Source of the DNA: Bacteroidota bacterium
Lineage (GTDB): Bacteria; Bacteroidota; Bacteroidia; Bacteroidales; UBA12077
Reading direction: 5' to 3'
Assembly: GCA_034661075.1 (NCBI GenBank)
Contig: JAYEKP010000088.1
Span: 1-63,806 of the forward strand
Length of the DNA: 63,806 bases
Shown: in pieces, positions 56,360-63,806 of the stretch
How positions within the stretch are numbered: the stretch's first letter is position 1
Layout: every line of letters starts with the position of its first letter
Notes under the pieces: model-generated
What the model was told of the DNA's origin: nothing
What the model saw: the letters and a program-made list of their open reading frames with translations, nothing else
The model's database searches: none
Made by a program: the position numbers and the translations under genes

Positions 56360-56779
56360 TTATTCTTTAAATTTTATACTTATATTCTGTTTGGTATCAG
56401 GGTGTAAGCTTAATGGCACTGGTGATACTTTAACCAACCCCTCCAAAAGCCTCTTTTGTTTATCGGTTAAATCACACATCGAAAAATCGTACTCAATTTT
56501 TACCTCTGCCACACGACGTGGATTCTCCGACATAATTTTCCATGTTTTAGCGGTGGCGCCATCGATACTAAATCCCGCGGCTTCGGCTTTTATACCCATA
56601 ATGGTAAAAATACAACTGGCTAAGGAGGTTGCCAGTAAATCGGTGGGAGAAAAAGTTTCTCCTTTACCATGATTATCTACCGGAGCATCCGTGATTAGTT
56701 TATTTCCCGAACGTACATGTACTGCTTCCGTTCGTAATTGCCCGGTATACGTAGTTTTTATTGTTTCTTTATTTTCCAT
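56360..56779 (-). CDS. OsmC/Ohr-family peroxiredoxin-like protein
   Basis: 139 aa. GETFSPTDLLATSLASCIFT and C-terminal HPD... are typical of the OsmC family. Confidence 0.85.
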   Translation of the reverse strand: MENKETIKTTYTGQLRTEAVHVRSGNKLITDAPVDNHGKGETFSPTDLLATSLASCIFTIMGIKAEAAGFSIDGATAKTWKIMSENPRRVAEVKIEYDFSMCDLTDKQKRLLEGLVKVSPVPLSLHPDTKQNISIKFKE

Positions 56780-56780
56780 G

Positions 56781-56815
56781 ATCCATAAATTTTATTATGA
56801 AACAAATTTATGGAT
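56781..56815. promoter_or_regulatory. Perfect 12-bp inverted repeat (ATCCATAAATTT-N11-AAATTTATGGAT) abutting the osmC start codon
   Basis: Read directly. The left arm begins 2 nt from the ATG of the minus-strand osmC gene. Confidence 0.5.
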
Positions 56816-56969
56816 TTTATGTTCTTGAAAAAATGTTAGAAAAATTTAAAGTGATAATAAATAGTCACTTATAAACCAATTGATAAATACTTAGTATTTG
56901 GGCTTGTACGATATATTTTAATTATATTTGTTTTAGAGATTACTTGTAATTAAAAATAAACCAATCTCT

Positions 56970-57692
56970 ATGGAATATAACATATATTGTGATGAAAGCT
57001 GCCATTTAGAGAATGATCCTCATAAAGCCATGGTATTAGGTGCCATATGGTGTGCTAAAGCAGACAAAGGAATGCTTTTTGACCGAATTAAAGAGATAAA
57101 ATTAAAATATGGCTTTCCTTCCACATTTGAAATAAAGTGGAATAAAGTTTCCTCTTCAAAAATATATTTCTATAAAGAAATAATCAACTTTTTTTTCGAT
57201 ACCGATAAATTAAACTTCAGGGCCTTAGTTATTCCAAATAAAAAGATATTAAATCATAAACAATTTGAGCATACGCATGATGATTTTTACTATAAAATTT
57301 ATTTCGATATGCTCAAAATTATTATTTCACCAGATGATACCTATAATATTTTTCTTGATATTAAAGATACCCAAGGTTTCGAAAAAGTGAATAAGTTACA
57401 TGAAGTAATATCAAATGCCCATTATGATTTTTCTCAAACTATTGTTAAAAATATTCAAGAAGTACGTTCAGAAGAGGTTAGTCTTTTACAAATAACTGAT
57501 TTATTAATTGGAGCTATGTCATATTTTCATCGCCAACTGGAAACAAGCAAAGCTAAATTAGAACTTATTAGATTAATAAAAAAACGCAGTAATTATAGCT
57601 TATTAAAGTCTACATTACCTAATGAGCGTAAATTTAATTATTTTATTTGGCGTACAGGATATACAAGGAGGGAAAGAAATGGAGGTTTTTGA
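56970..57692 (+). CDS. DUF3800-family protein
   Basis: 240 aa. N-terminus YNIYCDESCHLENDPHKAMVLGAIWC is the DUF3800 signature as remembered. Confidence 0.75.
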   Translation: MEYNIYCDESCHLENDPHKAMVLGAIWCAKADKGMLFDRIKEIKLKYGFPSTFEIKWNKVSSSKIYFYKEIINFFFDTDKLNFRALVIPNKKILNHKQFEHTHDDFYYKIYFDMLKIIISPDDTYNIFLDIKDTQGFEKVNKLHEVISNAHYDFSQTIVKNIQEVRSEEVSLLQITDLLIGAMSYFHRQLETSKAKLELIRLIKKRSNYSLLKSTLPNERKFNYFIWRTGYTRRERNGGF

Positions 57693-58185
57693 ATTGCCTG
57701 AACTTATTGAACTTAGTGATTTTGGCGGTAATTTTGATACTTACCTTTCAGCAGTATATGAAATATTTAAAAATGATTTTATAAAAAACAAACCTGTTTT
57801 TCAAGGAAAAAGATTGGGTTTAAAAAAATTCCCACTAATAGAAGGTAAAGAATATACTTTTTATCATATGACCCATGAAGGAAATATTGAAAACGAAAGA
57901 TTACCTGATTTAAGGCGGATGGAACGCATAGCCTGGCCTCGTCCAATGATTGATTATTCAACTCATTCTTACTTAAAAGTCTGGCGCAATATACGCAGAG
58001 GTAAGGGAGGAACACGAAACAGAATACTTATCTTACATGAGAAAGAAAAATATTTAGTAGTACTGGAAGAGCGAACCAATTATATTTTACCCTGGACAGC
58101 CTATTTAATAAAAGGATCTCATCAATTAGGAAAACATTTAAAAGAGTACGATAGCTATAACAAGCAGAAGCCGCTACAAAAGTAA
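57679..58185 (+). CDS. Hypothetical protein, translationally coupled partner of the DUF3800 gene
   Basis: 168 aa from the ATG at 57679. That ATG is preceded by AAGGAGG (57665-57671) and overlaps the DUF3800 stop by 14 nt. No family recognised. The ORF track lists an upstream start at 57622. Confidence 0.6.
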   Translation: MEVFELPELIELSDFGGNFDTYLSAVYEIFKNDFIKNKPVFQGKRLGLKKFPLIEGKEYTFYHMTHEGNIENERLPDLRRMERIAWPRPMIDYSTHSYLKVWRNIRRGKGGTRNRILILHEKEKYLVVLEERTNYILPWTAYLIKGSHQLGKHLKEYDSYNKQKPLQK

Positions 58186-58366
58186 CGGCTTCGTTTCTCT
58201 TTCAACACTTACACCTTTCAGATGGTTGGTGAGATATTTTGAGTATCCTTCTTATTACCTAAACGAATATAAAACAAAAATGTTTAATTAAAAAACTAAA
58301 TGAATACTTTTTATTATATTCTTTTACATTGCAAATACCAAATAAACTATCATTCCAAAACTAATA

Positions 58367-58600
58367 TCATACCTCACCACAACCTGCACAACCTGCAGTA
58401 CCTGTTAGTTTGGCAACCTCACTCCTACACTTTATTTCTTCTGATCGGGCACACGTCAACCCCAGTTTACGCATGTCTTTATTTTTACCTACTGAAGTTT
58501 CAGGGAATTTTTTATTCTTTCGGAAGAACACATTAAATCCCATAGCAATTACAGCAATTACCATCAATCCAACAACTAAAAAAAACAATTCAATAAACAT
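58367..58600 (-). CDS. Small single-TM Cys-rich membrane protein
   Basis: 77 aa. N-terminal TM helix, basic stretch, and five Cys in the C-terminal half (LTC, IKC, GCAGCG). Family not recognised. Confidence 0.45.
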   Translation of the reverse strand: MFIELFFLVVGLMVIAVIAMGFNVFFRKNKKFPETSVGKNKDMRKLGLTCARSEEIKCRSEVAKLTGTAGCAGCGEV

Positions 58601-58746
58601 TCTATAAATTTTGTTGTTATTAGTTTACCGATGCAAAGATAAGCATTTTAACTTTTAAAAAAGAAGAACGATACTTTACAATGAACCAATAGTTTTGTAA
58701 ATCATACATCTACAAATAATTATATCCGTTGATAAACTATAATATT

Positions 58747-61181
58747 ATGAGTACAAAAAGCACAGCGAAGAAGAATACAAAATCAAAAACTTCATGGAAC
58801 AAGCAGGAAGTATTAAACGATTATAAATTAGCCAATGTAAGCCGCCAAGTAAGTCTATTAGGGCGAAAAGAAGTCCTTACCGGGAAGGCCAAATTTGGCA
58901 TTTTTGGTGATGGAAAAGAAATCGCACAAATTGCTATGGCTAAGCAGTACAAAGATGGTGACTGGCGTTCGGGCTATTACCGCGACCAAACCTTTATGAT
59001 GGCTGCCGGATTATTTACCCCCGAAGAATTTTTTGCCCAATTATATGGCGAAACCGATATTGAGCTAAATCCCGGAAACGGAGGCCGTTCGTTTAACAAT
59101 CACTTTTCTACCCGCAGTTTAAACGATGATGGAACCTGGAGAAACATAATGAAACAAAAAAACTCATCGGCTGATATCTCCCCACAGCAGGACAGATGGC
59201 CCGTTGGGTAGGATTAGCTTATGCATCCAAACTTTTTAGAAATGTAGAAGTGATGCAGGAATTTAAAACCTTATCGGATAAAGGAAACGAAGTAGCCTTT
59301 GGTACGATTGGAGATGCCAGTACATCCGAAGGACAGTTCTGGGAAGCTATAAACGCAGTGGGTGTATTACAGGTGCCTGCAGCTATAGCCGTTTAGGATG
59401 ACGGATACGGAATTTCCGTGCCTAAAAAATTCCAAACCACCAAAGGCAATATATCGGAGGTACTAAAAGGTTTTGAACGAACCAAAGATAAACCCGGTAT
59501 CGTAATCTTAAAAGGCAAAGGATGGAATTATCCAGGATTAATAAAATTGTTTGAAGAAGGTGTTGAAATTGCCCGAAAAGAGCATATTCCTGTTCTTTTT
59601 CATATCGATGAAATTACACAACCTCAGGGACACTCAACTTCCGGATCGCATGAAAGATATAAACCGGAAGAACGATTGAAGTGGGAAGAAGAATTTGACG
59701 GCATCCGCAAAACACGCGAATGGATACTAAAAGAAAAAATTGCTACGGAAAAAGAACTGGATAAAATTGAACAAGAAGCAATAGATGAAGCTAAAGCTGC
59801 CAAAAAAGCAGCCTGGAAAAAATTTAAAGATCCGGTAAAAGCAGAAAGGGATAAGTTAATTGAAATCATCGATAACCGCTCGTGTGTCTGTAAGCGCGAA
59901 GGGATTGACAAAGTAGGGATGTATACCGAGGAGTTAAAAAAGATAATGAGTCCCATCCGTAAAGATATTTTTAGTACCGCAAAAAAAATTCTACGCCACG
60001 TGTGCTTGGATTGTAATATCCGCGAAAAGCTTCAAAACGATTTATCCGAGTGGCTGGAAAGAAATTATGAAGATAACTATGAACGTTACAATACAAAATT
60101 AAATAATGAATACCCAACATCGGCATTAAATGTTAGTGAAGTAAAAGCTGATATTAAGCCAAACTCGCCCGAAGTAGCCGGACGTGAAATTCTGAGAGAT
60201 AATTTCGATTATCTGTTTAAAAAATATCCAAAAATGGTAGCCTTTGGCGAAGATTTAGGAAATATTGGCGGAGTAAACCAAACCTACCAGGGATTACAGG
60301 AAAAATACGGCGAACTTCGTGTAACCGATACAGGAATTCGTGAGCAAACCATCCTGGGACAAGGTATTGGCCTTGCTTTACGCGGATTAAGGCCGATTGC
60401 AGAGATTCAATATTTTGATTATTTGTTGTATGCTTTGCAAACCCTAAGTGATGATTTGGCTACTACGCATTATCGTACGGCAGGCGGACAGGTTATTCCC
60501 GTCATTATCAGTACCCGCGGACACCGACTGGAAGGAATATGGCATGCCGGATCGCCATTAAGTATGGTGATTAACTCCATCCGTGGCGTTTATGTTTGTG
60601 TGCCACGAAACATGACGCAAGCAGCAGGATTTTATAATACCTTAATGGAAGGTGAAGACCCGGCATTAGTGATTGAACCACTAAACGGATACCGTTTAAA
60701 AGAAAAACGGCCGGAAAATATTGGCGAATATAAAATTCCACTGGGTGTTCCTGAAATCCTTAACGAAGGAAATGATATTACGCTGGTAACATACGGTTCA
60801 TGTGTTCGTATCGCACAGGATGCCGTAGAACAATTAAAAGAATTTAATATTTCGGTTGAGTTGATCGATGTGCAAACATTGTTGCCGTTTGACCGAAAGC
60901 ATATCATAACTGATTCTATCAAAAAAACCAATAAGGTGGTATTTTTTGATGAAGATGTTCCGGGTGGAGCAACAGCATTTATGATGCAGAAAGTTCTTGA
61001 AGATCAAAGTGCATATTATTATCTTGATGCTGAGCCAAGAACCGTAACTGCAACAGAGCACAGGCCTGCTTACACCAGCGATGGAGACTATTTTTCCAAT
61101 CCAAACGCCGAGGATGTTTTTGAAGCTATCTATTCCATGATGAATGAAGTGGACCCGAAAAAATATCCGGAATTATATTAA
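58747..61181 (+). pseudogene. Fused E1 alpha/beta 2-oxoacid dehydrogenase (TPP-dependent), disrupted by a 1-nt frameshift and an in-frame TAG
   Basis: Three consecutive ORFs (58729-59211, 59196-59396, 59418-61181) read as one protein. The frame switches at the C4 run 59180-59183 (..SSADIS / PTAGQMARWVGLAYASKL..). The TAG at 59394-59396 interrupts ..PAAIAV-stop-DDGYGISVP... The beta-like half (..GIREQTILGQGIGLALRGLRPIAEIQYFDY..) is intact. Confidence 0.8.
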
Positions 61182-61321
61182 AAATCAAACATAAATGATA
61201 AAAGTGCATTTTCAAATTGAAAATGCACTTTTTTTTGCATAAAAAAAATAACTATTTTTCAGCTATATAAAATTTGCATTCATAAAATTAAAAACCGAAT
61301 TTTATGGTAAAATTTAATTCT

Positions 61322-61555
61322 ATGGCATTCAATCTGTTTAAGAAAAATAAAAAGATAACATTACAAGATTTGTCCGGGGCTCCTTTATACCCTGGTGATA
61401 AAATAGAATCCCTGCGCTATGACTTAGGTGAGTGCATATTAATTGAAGGCGAAAACGGATTTGAATATGAATCGTTGAAAGACGGAAGAAAGGTAAGTTA
61501 TACAAAAATGATTGATGCATCCACCAGCTACCAAAAAGTTCGTAAGTTAAATTAA
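61322..61555 (+). CDS. Hypothetical small protein
   Basis: 77 aa from MAFNLFKK. No family recognised. Followed by a strong terminator. Confidence 0.4.
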   Translation: MAFNLFKKNKKITLQDLSGAPLYPGDKIESLRYDLGECILIEGENGFEYESLKDGRKVSYTKMIDASTSYQKVRKLN

Positions 61556-61624
61556 GCTTCTTTTATCAAACTAAAGTTTCTTTATTTAAACCAATTAAAG
61601 ATTATAAGATTTTAACCTGACTGT

Positions 61625-61660
61625 AAAAAATCAAAGGTTTAGCTAAACCTTTGATTTTTT
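61625..61660 (+). terminator. Rho-independent terminator
   Basis: AAAAAATCAAAGGTTT-agc-TAAACCTTTGATTTTTT. Confidence 0.8.
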
Positions 61661-61740
61661 CTATGGCAGCAGCATTATTCATTAAATTCATGAATGATGG
61701 AGGTTAAGTATTGAAATACTCCTTTTCTGAAAGAATTTTA

Positions 61741-61748
61741 TATATTTG
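61741..61748 (+). promoter_or_regulatory. Candidate -7 promoter box (TATATTTG) for nrfHA
   Basis: Matches TAnnTTTG 40-50 nt upstream of the candidate nrfH start. Confidence 0.35.
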
Positions 61749-61798
61749 GTATAGAGACATAACCGCTAACTCTTTTCATTAATAATATGGTGTAGCAA

Positions 61799-62372
61799 AT
61801 AAAAAAACTAACCCCGCCCCCACAATGGAGATTCCCCGTAATCATAATCCTTGGGGTTTTTGTTGGCTTGTCCATTTATTCATTTTATGTTTCCAAAGCA
61901 CACTCCTATTTATCCGACAATCCGCAAACCTTTATTCAGTTGTCATATTATGGTTCCTCAGTATGCAACATGGAACCACAGTTCGCATCGCGAGATTGCT
62001 CATTGTAACGATTGTCATGTTCCTCATGATAATTTTTTCTCGCATTATTATTTTAAAGCCAAAGATGGGTTACGGCATGCCACTATATTTACCTTGCGAG
62101 CAGAACCACAGGTTATTCATATAAAAGAAGCCGGAATAAATGTTGTACAGCAAAATTGTTTACGTTGCCATGAAGAACTAATAAAAAATGCAGCATTACA
62201 GGTAAATCATCCGGATTTTCATAATAATAGAGAAACTCGTTTATGCTGGTACTGTCATAAAGAAACACCCCACGGAACAGTCAACAGTTTATCTGTAGTC
62301 CCTGATGCACGGGCGCCATTACCCAAAAGCCCGGTTCCTGAATGGCTTAAAGAAGTTACCAAAGAAAATTAA
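61799..62372 (+). pseudogene. nrfH: Cytochrome c nitrite reductase small subunit NrfH (NapC/NirT family), apparently frameshifted and lacking an ATG
   Basis: - The frame from 61941 gives CHIMVPQYATWNHSSH, CNDCH, CLRCH and CWYCH.
- The conserved N-terminal TM helix and SKAHSYLSDNPQT lie in another frame (61799-61939).
- A 1-nt excess near 61940 joins the two frames.
- The first heme motif reads F-I-Q-C-H instead of C-x-x-C-H.
- Upstream, the frame reads ATG GTG TAG CAA ATA AAA AAA. Confidence 0.7.
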
Positions 62373-62383
62373 AATAAACACCT

Positions 62384-63806
62384 ATGAAACCAATTAGCGA
62401 ACAAATAAAAGAAAAACCCTGGAAAGGATGGCTTATTTTTATTGCTACTATTGTTATTGTTTTCTTTTTAGGGCTTTTAGCTTCATCCATCGTTGAACGC
62501 AGAGCCGAAGCAATATTTGCTTACACCCCACAAGTAGAGCATTCGCAATGGGAACCCCGCAATGAAATCTGGGGAAAAAACTTTCCAAGGCAATACGACA
62601 GGTTTTTAAAAACAGCCGACACCACGTTCAAAAGTAAACACAACGGAAGTGCTTTCCGCGATATGCTTGCAGAAGATCCTAAATTAGTGGTTTTATGGGC
62701 TGGATATGGTTTTTATAAAGAATATAATCAGGGAAGAGGCCATTATCATGCGATTAATGATATTCGCGATATCTTACGAACCGGAGCTCCGGTTGATGGG
62801 AACGTAAGTCCTATGCCGAACACATGCTGGACATGTAAAAGCCCCGATGTTCCTAGAGTGATGGAACAAATTGGTGTAGCCGAATTTTATAGCGGAACTT
62901 GGGAAATGCTGGGCCATGAAATTGTAAACCCCATAGGTTGCGCCGATTGTCATGATGCTGAAAATATGAATCTCAGAATTTCAAGGCCAGCATTAATAGA
63001 GGCTTTTCAGCGACAAGAGAAAGATATTCGTTCAGTAAGTCATCAATATATGCGAAGCCTGGCTTGTGCACAATGTCATGTGGAGTATTATTTTAAGGGT
63101 GAGGGCACTTACCTTACGTTACCCTGGGATAAAGGAATGTCTGTGGATGCCATGGAAGCGTATTACGATGAATATGAATTCTCCGATTGGACTCACTCCA
63201 TTCGTAAAGCGCCTATGTTGAAAGCCCAACATCCCGATTATGAAATTTTTACTACAGGAATACATGCCCAACGAGGGCTGTCTTGTGCCGATTGTCATTT
63301 ACCATACATTAATGAAGGCGGTCAAAAATTTACCGATCATAAAATTCAAAGTCCGCTTAATAATGTGGAAAATACTTGTTTGGTATGCCATAGAGAAAAA
63401 ACAGAAGAACTAATTGCCAATGTTTATGAACGACAGGATAAAGTTAGAGAAAGTATGTATAAACTGGAAGAATTATTGGTGCGCGCTCATGTAGAAGCAG
63501 GAAAAGCATGGGAATTAGGTGCATCTAAAGAAATAATGGATCCAGTGCTTCAGGATATCAGACATGCACAATGGCGATGGGATTATGTTACGGCAAGTCA
63601 TGGTGGTTCTTTCCACAGCCCGATTGAATGCTCCAGAATTTTATCTAGCGGAATAAATATTGCCTTTGAAGCAAGGATCAAACTAGCCAGAATATTTGCT
63701 TCGTTAGGTTTTAATGAGGAGGTTCCGTATCCTGATATTTCGACCAAAGCAAAAGCACAGGAATATATCGGATTAGATATGGATAAATTAAATGCTGAAA
63801 AGAAAA
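62384..63806 (+). CDS. nrfA: Pentaheme cytochrome c nitrite reductase NrfA (3' end beyond the window)
   Basis: Hand translation is open from the ATG at 62384 to the window end (474 codons). N-terminal TM anchor. Heme motifs are CWTCK (the NrfA-specific CxxCK), CADCH, CAQCH, CADCH and CLVCH. Confidence 0.9.
   Translation, partial: MKPISEQIKEKPWKGWLIFIATIVIVFFLGLLASSIVERRAEAIFAYTPQVEHSQWEPRNEIWGKNFPRQYDRFLKTADTTFKSKHNGSAFRDMLAEDPKLVVLWAGYGFYKEYNQGRGHYHAINDIRDILRTGAPVDGNVSPMPNTCWTCKSPDVPRVMEQIGVAEFYSGTWEMLGHEIVNPIGCADCHDAENMNLRISRPALIEAFQRQEKDIRSVSHQYMRSLACAQCHVEYYFKGEGTYLTLPWDKGMSVDAMEAYYDEYEFSDWTHSIRKAPMLKAQHPDYEIFTTGIHAQRGLSCADCHLPYINEGGQKFTDHKIQSPLNNVENTCLVCHREKTEELIANVYERQDKVRESMYKLEELLVRAHVEAGKAWELGASKEIMDPVLQDIRHAQWRWDYVTASHGGSFHSPIECSRILSSGINIAFEARIKLARIFASLGFNEEVPYPDISTKAKAQEYIGLDMDKLNAEKK

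Noticed and set aside
56343-56672. 109-aa plus-strand ORF opposite osmC. Also 58300-58536 and 58410-58607 opposite the small Cys-rich membrane protein gene.
   Set aside because: They are antisense to better-supported genes and have no family resemblance.
56970-58366. Prophage remnant or IS element around the DUF3800 cassette.
   Set aside because: I found no integrase, transposase, terminal inverted repeats, direct-repeat att sites or adjacent tRNA gene. Only the compositional and Shine-Dalgarno oddities remain, and these are reported as a finding.
58367-58600. Annotating the 77-aa Cys-rich membrane protein as the Na+-NQR maturation factor NqrM.
   Set aside because: The architecture (TM helix + Cys-rich tail) is similar. 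However, the GSCGG-type motif I remember for NqrM is absent, and the gene is 50 kb from nqr. Left as hypothetical.
42329-61795. TAG reassignment or programmed readthrough as the explanation for the three in-frame TAG codons (42329-42331, 59394-59396, 61793-61795).
   Set aside because: TAG also sits at the expected natural C-termini of aor (29728), hldD (51525), mqnD (52520) and the first SOD (24374-24376). No suppressor tRNA or Pyl genes are in the window. The implied residues differ (Gln-like versus Trp-like). Point lesions or sequence errors are simpler.
61825-62124. 99-aa ORF in the third frame over the nrfH region.
   Set aside because: It has no cytochrome motifs. The other two frames carry the conserved NrfH segments, so this is a by-product of the frameshifted region.
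1-63806. rRNA, tRNA, tmRNA or other standard RNA genes.
   Set aside because: No intergenic region shows a tRNA-like T-arm (GGTTCGAATCC-type) or rRNA-like conservation. All gaps over 150 nt are AT-rich promoter regions or REP-like hairpins.

Overview
This is a roughly 63.8 kb, low-GC chromosomal window that looks like a Bacteroidota genome. Supporting signs are T9SS type-A and type-B C-terminal sorting domains, a PorP/SprF gene, TAnnTTTG-type -7 promoter boxes, almost no Shine-Dalgarno sites and futalosine-pathway genes. All calls rest on reading the ORF translations and the DNA by eye; no searches or alignments were run.

Gene content, left to right:
- An FmdE-domain gene.
- The complete Na+-NQR operon nqrABCDEF on the minus strand.
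- An FNR-like regulator carrying the Cx2Cx5C motif.
- A 12 kb operon of 14 ORFs (8223-20389, plus strand). It combines Mrp antiporter subunits with a complex-I/[NiFe]-hydrogenase-like module in the Mbx/MBS gene order.
- An oxygen-stress cluster: CBS protein, DUF1858, Mn-type and Fe-type SOD, rubrerythrin and nitroreductase.
- A TonB-dependent receptor.
- An aldehyde:ferredoxin oxidoreductase (AOR) with a divergent DUF364-ThiF-ThiS cassette.
- FtsB, GT2 and OmpH genes.
- A T9SS surface-protein locus: PorP/SprF, a PKD-repeat type-B CTD protein of about 2,200 aa, and a 2,019-aa type-A CTD protein.
- Housekeeping genes: proline dehydrogenase, hldD, mqnD, mqnB, a PTPS/QueD-family gene, folE, fabD and osmC.
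- A two-gene DUF3800 cassette.
- A disrupted fused E1 alpha/beta 2-oxoacid dehydrogenase gene.
- nrfH (damaged) and nrfA (intact, runs off the window end).

Most interesting item: the 8223-20389 operon. Its large subunit keeps only one Cys of each NiFe-ligand pair (CxxE twice). Its NuoB-like subunit has three instead of four cluster cysteines. Its NuoI-like ferredoxin subunit is fused to a GltD/NfnB-like NAD(P)H flavoprotein, and a DHOD-like FMN protein lacking the catalytic Cys follows. I read this as a candidate ion-translocating NAD(P)H-linked oxidoreductase that I do not recognise as described.

Secondary observations:
- A four-helix-bundle (IVS-protein/Avd-like) gene sits inside that operon, bracketed by a 14-bp inverted repeat.
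- Three conserved genes have ATA exactly where Met1 is expected.
- Conserved genes also carry three in-frame TAG codons and two 1-nt indels.
- A family of REP-like hairpins is present.
- No rRNA, tRNA, CRISPR array, IS element or prophage was recognised.
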